Assembly: GCA_038087875.1 (NCBI GenBank)
Contig: CM075995.1
Coordinates: 5,148,001-5,212,000 of the forward strand
Direction: 5' to 3'
DNA from: Malacoraja senta
Lineage: Eukaryota
DNA: 64,000 bases
The translations under genes and the position numbers were made by a program. Positions 23,401 to 38,400 of this stretch are shown piece by piece. Below the pieces are notes generated by a model, which worked only from the letters and a program-made list of their open reading frames with translations, did no database searches and was not told the DNA's origin. Each line of letters starts with the position of its first letter. Within the stretch, counting starts at the first letter, position 1.

Positions 23401-26400
23401 TGTGAATTATTCTAACTTTCGTCATGCTTTTTCAAATAATGTGATCTGGCTTTTTTCTTCTCTGATGTGCAAAAAGATTGGTTTCTTTAATTTGTCTATT
23501 TTGCTTCATTTTACATAGGTGAAAAGAGATTGGCACTTCTTGCTGAAATAAACAAATTAAAGGGTGAAGGAGTACCTGTAAATAAGAGAGGTGGCCATGC
23601 AACAAAATCAGCTGGTGAATATGCTCCATCTAGAGGCTGTTTTGCACTTTCAGATATCCGCCTTCCTTTAAAGGCAGATTTCATCTGTTCAACAGCTCAG
23701 AAAACGGGTAGGACTAATTTTCCTGTTAACTTGGAACTTGCAGTTTGCTGTTAACGGACCAATGCCTCAAGAAAACTGAATCAGTAATATAGATATTAAT
23801 AAATGCTCTTTGGTGTTCTCTACTCTTATTTATTCAAATTCCATCACTGGTTAGATTTGTGGTATGTTTAAAATGTAGAAATTTGGACACATTGCACTCT
23901 TATAGAAGATAGAACTGTACAGCACAGGAACAGCCCACGGTGTCTGCTGAACATGATTCCAAGATCAACCCTTATCTGCCTGCACATAATCCATATTCTT
24001 CTGTTCCTTGCATATCCACGTGCCTATCCAAAAATCTCTTAAATGCCACTATCTTCTGCCGCCATCATGTCTTCCTCACTCACTGCCTCGACCAATGAAA
24101 GTACGCATACCATATACCACTCTACTTGTTTTGTCACTTCAGGGAGTTAGGGACGGACCCCAAGATCTCTTGGTACAACAACGCTCTTCAGAGTCTTTCC
24201 ATTAATTGTACAATTTCCCCTTGCTTTTGACCTCCCAAAGTGCAACACCTTGCACTTGCTTGGGTTAAACTCCATCCATTTCTGTAGCTGATTTACTTGT
24301 ATACTTTGATGAACCTCCCTCACAGTCTGTAACTCCAACAGTCATGGAGTCATCTGAACATTTACTAACCAACCCATCTATGTTTACGTCAAAGTCTTTT
24401 GACATATATAAGCAGCAGAGGTCCCAGCACAGATTCCTGTGGAACTCCACTGGTTAGCACCTAACCTGTTGTGTACAAAGCCACAACGACTCTCTTTAAT
24501 TAACCCATTCTCTTCCTGATGGGTGTAAATCCTATCCCGAGGAATCCTCTCCAATAGCTTATCTTGCTGCAATTTCTAGGTTAAACTGCATCAATCTAGA
24601 AATTTGACTGGCCAATTACAGATGTTGTTCATTCTTCCTCTTTTCAAATTTTGAATACTCACTTAAAGGATATATCATTCCTCATACAGCGCTCCTTCAG
24701 AGCAACACTGTTAAATAAACCTTGTCTCTGACATAGGTCACAGTTGTGTGCAGGGAACCAGGTAGATACTCTGAATTTCCATGGTGCTCAAGTACACCTC
24801 TGTGCACATATGTGTAGAGGAGATAAAAAGTGATGAAAGGCAAACTGCTCCAGTTTGCCTTTCATATCGCTTCCCATCTCTTCTCCCACTCTGTCTCCTT
24901 GGATCCACTCCTGCTGCCGCTCATGTTTTGTCCTCCTTCAAAGAAGGCACAAAGCATTATCAATTGTCATTGAGTGTTATTGACTTTTGCAGTGGTAGTA
25001 CTAAGGCTGCAACAGTTTTTGATGAACTGCGCCACCCTTTTGCATTCTTTTAACAGTGCAGGTCAGTTTCTAAGTCACTGTTTTGCGATTCAATGGCATC
25101 ATAACTACAAAATAGGTTTTGGCTGGTATATAATCTTGAGACTATTATGTATTAAATTAAGTAATGAATGTGCAACTAAGTCAGTGAAACCGTTAAATTG
25201 TGTTGCTTTATACTTGAATATCAGCAGTTAATGGAATACAAGGTAAAATAAGTAGTTGTGGTTTTAACATATTTATTACATTTGTTTTAATCATTTAGAT
25301 GAAAATTACTGGTACTAGTTAAGTAAATAGATCCTTGGGAAAATACTAGATATTCATTGTTTCAGTTGAATAGTGAGCATAGTTTTAAAAGTTTTATATC
25401 AGCAAGTGCATTTTTAACATATAGGTTATTAATCTGTTTCAGATGTTACCAACTACTATTTTTTCATGCTAATTAAAGCAGGAGCATTAAATATTGTGGC
25501 TACACCATTGGCCTCCATCCAAAATGCTCTCAGTGGCGACGCTATTAGTTTTCCCACAAAGTTCACTCTGTAAGTAACAGACATGACAAAATGGTTTCCA
25601 CTTGCTTTTCAAAATCTAACTAAAACTCTTTATTAGCTTAGGGTTATTAATTAGTTTGTATTCAAGTTATTGGGTCAGCTGAGCAAAGGTGTCATGCAAC
25701 TCTGATTAAAATGACCTGTTTAAAGTTGTGCTTTCCTGTAATCAAAGGAGCAATGCCACTCTTATAGCTTTCAATTAGTTTATTTGTGAACTATAAAAAA
25801 GCTTAATTTTTATTCTGTAATGTTGTGCTTTAGTTATAGATTTTTTAAATTCTAACTGCTAGTTCACACGATTAGGGATCTGAAAGCAAACAAATGGGCT
25901 TTTAACCTTTTATTCAAGATCATACTGTAAGTTAAAGTTCTCTGTTGAAGAAAGTGACTTAATCTCATTAGTTGAATCTTTGTTTGTAAAAGCTAATTTC
26001 TTTTTTATGGGAATGAATGTGCCTTAAATTTGCTCTATTTTTATTTTAGGCAAGATGTCTCGAATGATTTTGAAATTGAGATAGAGGTTTATTGTCTGGT
26101 AAGTCTACGATAAGGCAACCCCTGCATTATAGGGTGGATAGACACAAAAAGCTGGAGTAACTCAGCGGGACAGGGTGGACAATTTATTTTGTTGATTTTT
26201 TTTTCTCCCTTGCATACAATTTGAATACATTTTATTCCATATCTCAAATTATTGGGTAGTGGGTATTGATTTATAAATTCTGTCTGAGTGGAATTCTGTG
26301 AACCAGATGGCAGTAATGCAGAGGTCACCTGTAATAATTCTCAAAGGAACAATCCTTTTGCCATTTTTCTGACTGGTGTTTTTATTTAGGCATTGCACCG

Positions 26401-29400
26401 GGAGAGTGGCATTACAGAAAAGAAAAAGAAACCTACCAAATCTAAGGTAAAGGAAAGTTTTGCATGAAATTGTTTCCATTTCTTTTAATACAGTTTCAGT
26501 AGCTATAATGCATGGTGATCAGGTGGGATGTATATAAAATTACTCGGTGATATTCATGGTAGAGAAAAATTTGACTTCAAATTGCATCTAGGAATATGCT
26601 AGAAAGTGAGAAACTAAATTTTGCTTAAGAGTTGAGATTTATGCCTTGAAACATATTGGTTCTTTTTTGCTTTTCCCATCAATCCATGAAATTTATCTCA
26701 CATTTAACAATACTATATCTTAAGTTGGTCAGTCTTCATTTTGTACAAAAATTAAGAATCAAGGAAATAATTGTTTTGAGCTGTAACAGCATATTTTACT
26801 TTTTCTTGCAATATAGTCAAGTTTCGGCATTTTTATGGTTGATATGGTCTAACCTGAATTTGTCTTTGTATTGTCTGTTCCATTTAGACAATTGGATTGT
26901 TTGGAAACAATTTGTAGGGTCAGAAACTGTTCTAGTCTTTTTATTTAATTCTGCCTAGAATAAGCCAGCTAAATATATTTTCTTTTATAGTTTCTATGCA
27001 AAATGTCTGCACTTCATCTGGGAGTATTTCATTACTTTCGAGAACTGATTTGTTCTTTGGTATGATTATAACATAATTTAACAATATAACACAGTTCACC
27101 TCTTCTGCTTACACTTCAATAACAAAACCTCAACTTGATGTACTCAATTTCTGACAGGCCTTCAGATGACGATGTTTCAGAGTTTTAGTTTTGCAAGTCA
27201 CATGAAATGAATGGGTGGAAATCACGCAGCGCTTCTTTATAGGGTTCTTCAGATAAACTGCAAATGTGTTTAAAATGTATCAGAAAGTGAACTTGACGAA
27301 AGTGAAAGTGAATGCTGCCTTTGAATGTTAAAAATGTAAATTACAACTGACTGGCAAAAGCCTTATGAACCTCTTGCTGTTTCTCAATATGGTGGCACTG
27401 TTTTGCTCGTCACATGTTTGCTTTTTAACTTTCTGGTATCAATTGGTGGTATTTGTGGGACACTACAAACATCCTTGGGTATCATGGGATAGATGTGAAA
27501 AAATGGAAGAAATATCTTTGCTCTTGATTGCCATCCACTACAATTACATACAAGTGAGGGCATTGCACACGTGTTTAGATCGGCTGAGTGAGAAAGACAA
27601 GATTTACGCAGATATTCTGTAATTGTCACTTTCTTATGTGTAATCAACTAATCTATCTATATACTTAAAACTGATCTTGGATGTGTGTGTGTGTGCATAA
27701 TCCTACTGCTCGAAAAAACGCCGCTCTACTGGTAAATTTTTTACATGTTTCTGTAGAGATCCCGTCAAGTCAAAAATCGCCTTATCTGAAAAATTCATGC
27801 ATTATTTCTCCAGATATTAATCAATGTTAAAAAATTTCAAATAACTTAGAAATTCGGCTGGCTATGGCTGATGACGTGATGACGTCACAATGGCTGCACA
27901 TTGTGTTCACTGCTGCGAGTGACGTCGCCCGCTCACTTTTCGCAACCCGCTCACTCGCCCGTCTCCCCTCCTCTCCCCCCCTCTCTCTCTCTCCCTCTTC
28001 TCTCCCCCCCCCCGTGTATGTTAGTGTGTGTGTGTGATGCTGCAGGCCCCCCCCCACCTGCAACCGCACTTTGAAGGGACGGGACCCAACGGGTCCCACT
28101 TGGTCTAGTATATTATTAAAACTCTGTATGAGTGTGAGTGCATGAAGTTTCAAAACTCCTCCAAAACGGTACATGATAGCACTACAATTTTTGGCTCGCC
28201 TTAGCATTGTCCTGGGATGTAAAAGAGATACTTTTCGTTCGGATTGATGTTATATTTTACGAGTTATTGACATTTTAAACTTTACAAAAAACACTTTTCA
28301 ACACTTTTTTTCACTTGCCTTGCCCGTCATCGCGTCACAATGAGATCCCAAATTGCATTTACATTAAAAACCGTGATTGAAAAAAAAAACCCCATTAAAT
28401 TCTTCCGTTTTCATTAACAGCAAAAATTGTGTTTCTTGAAGAGAAAACGCGATTTTCATTGAGAATTCCATTAAAAAAAAAAGTAAATCGCGATTTTCAT
28501 TGTGGGGGGGTGGGATGGGTGGAGGTGAGGAGTGGGGGAGCAGGGGGATAGAGGAAAGGCTAGGGAGGGGAGACGGGTTGAGGGAGGGGAGTGTCTGAGG
28601 GTATCTGCGCGTGTGGATTTTAAAATAACAAAGTCTCCCCGCGCGTGCGCAGTGGGCCCGGTATCTGCGTGTGCGGGATTTGAAATAACAGCGATGCTGA
28701 GACTGGCTGGGGAGATGGCGTTGCTGCTCCGGGCCCGCGGCGAGGGAGAGGAGCGGGACCCGGGGCAGAACTAGGCCTCTCCCTCCCCCGGCTCCCTGCC
28801 GCTCAGCCCGTCCAGACAATGCTCCTTGTGTACTTTGCTTTCATCCACCATCAGTAGTAAATATCTTTGACTGCTTAGGATACGCACTGGATGTATGTGC
28901 TTAACTTGTTTTTCCAATTCCCTCTCCTTTAAGATCTGTCTTTAAAGCCCATTTTGCAACTCTAAATGTTAAATACTGCAATAAAGGTGCTTTCACTTCT
29001 AGATAGAAGGTCAGATACCAGTAGGAGTTAATATTTTTCCTCCCTTTTGATGGAGATCAAGATTGGCCAGCAGTTGCACCATGTGTGTTGGTCAAATATT
29101 GTAATGCAAAATATTTTATAAAGGTGTAGTAGACACTGATACTAGTATATTGAATATAATGATTGTTGGGGAGTTGCCAGTAGCTGGAGAATAATGAGCA
29201 GAAGATTCTTGGTTTGAGTATCCAAGCAGTGGCTGACATTGGGAGTTGTACAAAATCACGAGAGAGGACTAGTTAGGTTAATCTGATAAATTAGTTATGG
29301 TGGCGCAGAGGTAGCATTGCTGTCTTGCAGGTTTGATCCAGGGAATGCTGGGATGGATAAATATATGGACGAGAGACAGCTGGGTGAGAACAAGATGCAG

Positions 29401-32400
29401 AAGCCACTTGCCTGTAGAATTTGGGAATGGAAACTTGGGAAATAGTACCTTATTTTTTATTAAGCAGTGGGTATCGAGGGTTTAGACTCTAGTGGGAGGA
29501 AGGAACTGAAGGGAATCCACATTAGTCAGGAAATGGTGTTAGGTAAATTGTTGGGACTGAAGGCAAATAAATCCCCAGGGCCTGATGGTCTGAAAGGAGG
29601 GAGAGAGAAAACGGGGAATTATAGACCAGTTAGCCTTCAGTAGTGGAGAAGATGCTTGAGTCGATTATTAAAGATGTAACAGCGGCACATTTGGAAAGCA
29701 GTGACAGGATCGGTCAAAGCCAGCATGGATTTATGAAGGGGAAATTATACTTGACTAATCTTCTAGAATTGTTTGAGGATGTAACAAGTAGAATGGATAA
29801 GGGAGAGCCAGTGGATGTGGTGTATTTGGACTTTCAAAAGCCTTTGCCAAAATCCCACACAAGAGATTAGTGTGCAAAATTAGAGCACATGGTATTGGGG
29901 GTAGGGTATTGACATGGATTAACTGGTTGCCATACAGGAAGCAAAGCGTAGGAAATAACAGGTCCTTTTCAGAATGGCAGGCAGTGACTAGTGGGGTGCC
30001 GCAAGGCTCAGTGCTGGGCACTTGGTTATTTACAATATATAGTAACGATTTAGACGAGGGAATTAAATGTAACATCTCCAAGTTTGCGGGGTGGCAGTGT
30101 GAGCTGCGAGGATGATGCTATGAGGCTGCAGGATGACTTGGATAGGTTGAGTGAGTGAGAAGATGCATGGCAGATGCTGTATAATGTGGATAAATTTGAG
30201 GTTATCCACTTTGGTGGCATGTACAGGAAGGCAGATTATTATCTGAATGGTGCCCGATTAGGAAAAGGGGAGGTGCAATGAGACCTGGGTGTGCTTGTAC
30301 ATCAGTCACTGAAAGTAAGCATGCAGGTACAGCTGGCAGTGAAGAAAGCTAATGGCATGTTGGCCTTCATGGCGAGAAGATTTGGATTTAGGAGCAAAGA
30401 GGTCCTACTGCAGTTGTACAGGGCCCTGGTGAGACTGCATCTGGAGTATTGTGTGCAGTTTTGGTCTCCTAATTTGAGAAAGGACATTATTGCTATTGAG
30501 GGAGTGCAGCATAGGTTCATCAGGTTAATTCCCGGGATGGCGGGACTGACATATGATGAAAGAATACGTCGACTGGGCTTGTATTCACTGGAGTTTAGAA
30601 GGGTGAGATGGGATCTTATAGAAACATATAAAATTCTAAAGGGATTGGACAGGCTAGATGCAGGAAAAATGTTCCAGATTTTGGGGGAGTCCATAACCAG
30701 GGGGTCACAGTTTAAGAATAAGGGGTAGACCATTTAGGACTGAGATGTGAGGAAAAACATTTTCACCCTGAGAGTTGTGAATCTGTGGAATTCTCTGCCA
30801 CAGAAGCCAGTGGAGGCCAATTCATTGGACGTTTTCAAGAGAGAGTTAGATTTAGCTCTTAAGGCTAACAGAATCAAGGGATATGGGGGGGAAAAGCAGG
30901 AACGGGGTACTGATTTTAGATGATCAGCCATGATCATATTGAATGGTGGTGCTGGCTCGAGGGCCCAAATGGCCTGCTCCTGCATCTATTTTCTATGTTT
31001 CTATAAATGGCATGAAAAAGATTTTGAGAACCTCAGACGATTCCTGTCCTACACTATTAATTCAATCGTGCATAAGTCAATATACCCTGAATTAATTTAT
31101 TAATCTTGCAATTAACCTTTTATCATACCAGACAAATCATTGCAGAATAATATTTAAGATAATGTTGATGATTGCTAATCTGTGTGTGTTTTTGGTGCTA
31201 TTATAATCCAAATCAAGTAACAAAACTGGCTCTATTTTCATTAGAAGTATCAATTAAATGCTGAATTAATACTTAATGCTTGCATTATTGTTTTTTCCTT
31301 GCTTGTTCACTTTTATTAAAATTAAATAATGCTGGATCAGAATGGAATAAGGGGTTTTAACCAGTCATTAGGCGGCACAATGAGCTGCTGCCTCACAGCA
31401 CCAGGGGCCCGGGTTCAATCTTTACTTGGGTGCAGTCTGTGTGGTGCTTGTACGTGTTTGGAGTGTAGGAGGAAACCGGAGAACCCCATGCTGTCATGGG
31501 GAGAACATACAAACTCCGTACAGACAGCACCAGTAGTAAGAATCGAACCCGGGTCTCTGGCGCTGTAAGGCAGCAACTTTACCACTGCATCGCCGCAACT
31601 AATTAATCTGATTACCCTAACTAGTCCTCCCGTGATCTTATAAATTTCTATAAGATCAGCCCTCCGCCTCCTGCACTCCCAGGAATAAAGTCCTAGTCTA
31701 CTCATCCTCTCCCTGTAGCCCAGGCCCTCGAATCCTGGCAACATCCTTGTAAATATTTTCTGCACCTTTTCCAGTTTAACAATATCTTTCCTATAACACG
31801 GTGACCAGAACTGAACACAATATTCCAAAGGTAGCCTTACCCATGTCTTATACAACTGCAACATGACCTCCCAACTTCTATACTCGACTCTGACGAAGGC
31901 CAATGTGTCGACAGCCCTGCCATTCACTGTGTAGGTCCTGTCCTGGTTAGATTTACCAAAATGCAATACCTCGCACTTATGTGTATCAAACTCCATTAGA
32001 CTTCCTAATCATGCCTTGTACATTTTCATCCAAAATCAATGATATAGATGACACACAATAATGGACCTAGCACCGAACCCTGAGGCACACCACTAGTCAC
32101 AGGCCTCCAGTCCGCAAAACAACCTTTCCCCATCACCCGCTGCTTCCTTCCATGAAGCCAATTTTCTATGCAGTCGGCTGGCTCTCCTTGGATCACATGC
32201 GATTTAACCTTCCAGAGCAGTCTACCATGCAGAACCATATCAAATGCCTTGCTAAAATCCATATGTGCAATGCCTATAGCTCTGCCCTCATTGTTTTTTG
32301 GTTAAATCTTCAAAAAAAACTAAATCAGACTCGTGAAATATGGTCTCCCACAAAATCCTGCTGACTGTCCCTAATCAGCTCTTGTCTACATGCATGTATA

Positions 32401-35400
32401 TCGTATCCCTCCGAACACTCTCCAGTAACTTTCCATTCACAGATGTTCATCTCTCTAAGCAACAGTCAGCTAGGCAGAAGTTGTCCCTTTACCCTGTAAG
32501 GTCTGTACAGAAAAGGGAGCCAGAACAGGTAATTATTAAACATTTGCAATAATAAAAATAGCTTTCTGGAAAATGTTGCGAGTGGAAAGCAAAAAGTAGT
32601 GTCAATACTCTTGTAATAGTTAAGACTTCTCACCCTCCAACATATTTTTCCTGGGTTACACTTAGCAGATTTGATTCTCTGACGATATTATCCACACTCT
32701 GTATGGATAATGACTATGCTAATGTGTACAGGTTTGTTATTGGATCTCATTTAAATATTTTTAGAAAAGGAACTTACTTTCCCCGATCCTCTGGAGAAAC
32801 AAAAATAATAACTTTTTAACTAATTCAAGCTTACAGTTCACGTTGTTTTGCACACATCTAGGGACGTTTGGGTTGCATGCAGAAACCAGGAGAGCTATTT
32901 TAATCTCAACATTACTTAATTCAGTGACTAAACGATTATTTTCTTTCTTAGGCCATTACTCCAAAGAGGCTATTGACTTCAATTACAGTAAGTGTAACAT
33001 GACCACTTTATGGGAATAAATAAAATATAGTTGGGATTTATTAGCTGACATTGAGAATTCTTACAACTCTATCAAACAAAGAGAATAAATGGCATAAAGT
33101 TAGGACTAAATTTGTCTTAAAGATTAATTAAAGATAAATAATGGAATGTAGATTTTCAAATCACCTCAGCAGATAAATGCATTTCTCCAGATTTCAAACA
33201 GAAATTTGCAGCGAAATTGTTTTGCGGGTAAATTGTGACCAGCAGCCGTGAGATTAAAAAGAAAAAACATGTCATTCTCTAATTATGCTGGTTAAATTGT
33301 TGGAAAGACAAATATTGCCTGAATATCTAGAATTTTTCTGTCATAGAATTATTCAGACAGTAAAGTGAGTCAAAGGAACAGTTACCAGGTAACAGCAACG
33401 AAATTTCGTTCAGACCGAAAGGTCTGAGTGACAATAAAGGAATCTAAGTCTAAGTCTAAGGTGATCCCACAATTAAGCCTTGATGTTTCATACTTCATTA
33501 CATCTTTTGTGGATTGTTATGGACTTGTGAAGTCATGTCTAGTGAAACTTTTCTGTTTTCTTCATGATCAACAGAGAATAGTGGCAGTCCCTCTGTAGTA
33601 CAGAATAAATCCTGACCTTTAATCAAAATAAAATTTCAGATGAGGACCATGATATGATGTTGTCATTGTAAATTTTTCAAAGGAACATTTGAAGAAAGTA
33701 ATTGATGAAAATGTACACTATGAGAAACATACCTGCAATTCTATTAAATCCGTGGCATGTTTTCATCCAACATTTTTCAACAGCAATAAAAAGATCAGTG
33801 AACTGAGTTCTTGTTTATTCTGGTGTTCTTCAATGATTCCCAAAGGAAAGCTGATGATTTTTGGAAATTTTCTTCAAAACAAACAATCTAATGCTAAATA
33901 CAATTTGCTGTGGTTTTTATTTTTGTGCATGTATTTTATTACTACTTTAACATTGCCTCTTCCTCCATTCCAAACAGAAGACCAACTTGCACACACCAGG
34001 TAGGTTACATGCAGTTTAAAGTATAAGTGGGGTTTTGTCTCTTGGAATAATGACAATAGCATTGGAAAAGTACTTGAATACATCATTGAGGAAATCGTAG
34101 AGGAGAACTTTGGAAATAATATTGAGAATGGGCAGAGTCGGCAAAGGATTATGAGAAAGATGCTGTGTGATAAATCTGTTTTTTAAGTTTTTGCTTCCAG
34201 AATAAATAAGAGGAACTAATGCATGTGTTGTATTTGGACTCGTGGAATAATGCCTTCATTTGTTACACAGATTATTATATTAAATAAAATGAGAAAGCAT
34301 GAGATTGGGTGGTAATATACTGGTGTCTTGTAAGGGCAGTTTAATAGACAGAAAACATTGGGAATAAATTTATGTTGGGAGTCAAGTCAGCATCCTGAAG
34401 GACCACAATTGCTTGAGTTGAGTATAAATATGTTCAATTTGACTTTATCCCGGAATGCCTGTCAATAGTTTTCAGGGCTATCCACTCTCTGGGTAACTGA
34501 AACACGAAAAAAAGCTATATTCTGGCCACCAATGTTATTTAATTGGTCTGTAATTGTTTGGTTTATTCCTTTTTTTTTAAGAGGTACAATGTTAGCAGTC
34601 CTCCAATCATCTGATAGTACTGGAGTCAGGGAGGGTTGGAAAATTGTAGTTAGAAAACGCTGTAAAACATTTTCTCTTTAATATTACTGCCAATATTTTC
34701 AAATAAATCTTTGCTTTCCTTATTTCCAATCTAACCACTCCTACTCTCTTCCAGACTTTCTTGTATATTAAGCTTTCAATGCCTTTCACAGACTTCTACT
34801 TTGTACAATCTGAAGAAAGGTCATGACCCAAAACATCATCTATCTAATTTTAAAGTCCCCTTGGGGCAGCAATCTAAAGTAGGCTTTGAACCTGCTAGCT
34901 TTGTTGAGGCTATCCATGTGTGATGCGGCTAATCAAAGGCGAGATTATCAAAAGGGAGTTTTTATATTTCTATATTTATATTTTCCTTTTATATTTTTAA
35001 TTTAAATTTTCATTTTATTTTTATATATATTTTCATTGTTATCGAGGTGCATCTTCCTGCTCCTAAGCACAGTCATCCCATGCTGATTTCCTTCACTGGT
35101 AGATTTTTTAGGTTGTCTGAAAATGTTAGCAATTTTCCTCAAAATATATTGTTTTTATATGTAGCTTTGGCAAGTCCTGGAGGACCCAATGCAGTGCGCA
35201 CCAGTAACTTCAGCATGGTCGGATCCCACAAGTTCTCTCTCTCTTCTGTAGGAAATTCTAAATTCCAACTGGCAAAGGTTTGTATATTGGAATCTTAAAA
35301 ATAGATTACGTTCTGTTTTTGAATACATTTTTAGCAGTAGAAGCGTCTTTAAAATGTGCATAAGCACTGCAGTCATAAAGGAGCCGTTATTTAATTGGTA

Positions 35401-38400
35401 ATCATTCAATCTTTTGTTTGTTTAATTTTGAGTTGAATGAGAGATTACCTTGATCAAGAAAATGTTTTTACATTTCAAAAACATGTCCTGAGATTTTAAT
35501 ATTGTTCGGTTACCAAATGCGATTTATTTGACCATTGACCAATATCACCGCGTATTCTTGGACAATCCTCCTACCAATCATGCAGAGCTTGTCTGTGAGT
35601 TATATTTTATGAGGCATGTTGAGGTGTAGCACATAACTTTGGAAAAGGTGACTATAATAAAATACGTTCAATTATAAAATAATTGGCTAATTGTTTTGGC
35701 GCACTGATGCTGCCAACTTTGATATATGCAATTTTCTGGGAGATATTCTTAATATAAAAGCTTTATTGTCTTTATATGAATACCAATACTTGACTGGTAT
35801 TTTTTTTCCTGCTTATTAACATGCTTCATGGCTCAATTAATTACACCATTAATCAATGGTGTCATTTTCCACTGCTTATGTGCTTCATCAAAAAGTGAGT
35901 TTTGGTGCACGTTTTTAGTATTTGGAGCAGGTGACTTAAATAGGAATTTGTTCTCATAAAATTTGAGTAACAAACACTGGTATCTTGGTTATAGGTGCGG
36001 CCCTTGCACCTTTGAGTTTTGGGCTAAAAATAATCCACATGAGTAGAAATCTAACTAAATCTGTGGTTATGATCCTAAGTTTAAACTCTGGGGAAAGTCT
36101 CTGTTCCCACATCACTAGTTTGCAGTCCTGGAATTCAAGTGAAATGTTTCCACCCATGGCTAGTAGTATCTTTAATATGTAATTGTGTTTGCTTCAAAGT
36201 ATAATTATGTATTCTGAGTCCCAGAAGGGCATTCGAGCAAAATACATTATAACAAAGGAATATAAATTTGCTATCCGTGAATCCTCAAAACTGATCCTAT
36301 CTAACTGATCAAAAATGTATACTTGACAATCCTTGCCATTTGCCTGAAAACACGTTGAAATTTGGCTTCGGTCTTGGTATCACATTTTAACAACTAACTG
36401 GCCTTTAGTGGTGTTGTAATTGGTTGCTGCTGGCTGGTAGATATCAGTCGCCTTCTGATAACCTTAGGTTTTCAGATCAATATTGCAAAATATAAAATGC
36501 AACCTGAAGTATTTGCATCAATAATAGGCAAAATCTTTCAATAATACTGACTATTAAAAGTGCAGATTAAATGTTATATGACTACTTTTGCAGGTTCCCT
36601 TCTTGTCTCCACTTGAAGGTCACATTTGTGTAAAACTGCAGTGCCAGGTTGGATCCACGATTGAAGAGCGTGGATTTTTGGTAAGATTTTCTTTGGTTGT
36701 CACGTTGAGTTACTTTCTTTAACAAGTGTCTGCAGATTGTTATCTAAAATACAAAGGATTCACTTGAAAAGAAAGAATGAACCAGTTTAAATTCAGATGG
36801 CATTTCCCACATCCCCAGATTATTACAAAAATGGTCACAACCATTAAATCGTTAAAACACTGTTTAGTTTTTAGTTTAGAGATACAGTGCGGAAACGGGT
36901 TCGTAGGTCCATCACGTCCGTGCCGACCACTCATCACCGTACACTAGCACTATTCTACACTAGGAACAATTTACAATTTTTACTGAAGCCAATTAACCTT
37001 CAAATCTTTGGAATGTAGGAGGAAACTGGAACTCTTGGAGAAAGCCCAAACGGATATAGGGAGAACGTACAAACTCTGTACAGACAGCACCCATAGTCGG
37101 GTTCCAACCCAGGTTTCTGGCGCTGTATGACAGCAACGCTACTGCTGTGCCACCGTGTCTCCCCCACCCGCACACACACACACACATTACACTGTCTTTA
37201 ATAACATCTGCATTCATAGGTGGGACCCAACCTATCCCAGCTAAAAACTGTGACAAGTATTCACAACTGCAGCAGTGTCAAATACATGATCCAACTCTGT
37301 TTTCTTTTGAGATGTATACCATGGAATTTTTTGTTAAGAGTGGATTTTGTCTCAACATGCACCAAGGCACTTCCTTGTTTGGTTATCCATATGCTTCTGT
37401 CTCTGGCAGGTATGTGTGAGGTGCAAAAAACTGTTTGACACAATCACGATACTAGAGAATTTAGAGAAACAAGTTTATTTATTAGCAAGTCTGCAGAGTC
37501 GGGTGCCTCCCCTGTTGAGACACACCGAGACCAGGAAAGTCACCCTCTTTTATTCACACCATTTTACAATGGTTTACACCTTTAATTCCTCCCCTTCGGG
37601 CTCCTTCCAATCAGAGCACTGAGGTGCACAATCTAACCTGAACGCCCCGTAACGCCCCGCAACACCCAGGGTACCTCCCAGATCATACATCGCAGGTGCA
37701 TTTAAATGAGACATCTTGTCATAGTGGGTGTGTGTACATATTCATGTAAGTTCATTAGGCATGCGCAGATATGTTTGACCTTATGTACTTTCTCCCTTTT
37801 ACTTACTTTTCAAATCTTCTGCTGAATTTGCTACTTTTTATCTAGAATTTCTCTGTTCTATATATCGTTATTTTCTATTCTACCAGCAGTCTGGCTTCTG
37901 CTGACACCCCAAGCCATTTTTCTATCCCTAGTCTAAATCAACCATGTCTTAACTCTTTTCTCACAATCCATCCTTTTCTTTTTTGCTACGCATCCTTTGA
38001 TTTATACTATATCCTCCTTTTCTAATGCTAGCAGCAGATTCTTCACCTCCCTATCGCTCATTCGGGTTTTGATATACTTTCCACCTATCAGGAGGTTCGA
38101 TGCCACCCATATTTTGATGAAGTATACACTGCATGCCAATCTTTACAGGGATGGGTGCATACATACATTCTATAGCCGCACCACCATTTTCCTTTACATA
38201 CATCAAATGGGATGGTGGTGGACCTTCTATTCTGTGGTATTGTGATTTTTATACATGTTATATTACTCACGAGTTGGGTAACCACCCAACACACGACCCA
38301 CCAACATGAAATCTTCATTTTTCCTGCGGGTTCTTGGTAAATATTAAAGTCAATGGTTCCTCTCCTTTGCGCACAGTCCACGGGCTGATATTGTCTGGTG

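Noticed and set aside
34582..34650. Strong polypyrimidine-AG that could be an extra ANLN exon
   Set aside because: It has an in-frame stop in the required phase, and the protein is already continuous without it.
36476..36545. Possible alternative acceptor upstream of the VPFLSPLEG exon
   Set aside because: The frame (INIAKYKMQ...) hits a stop before the known exon and has no convincing donor.
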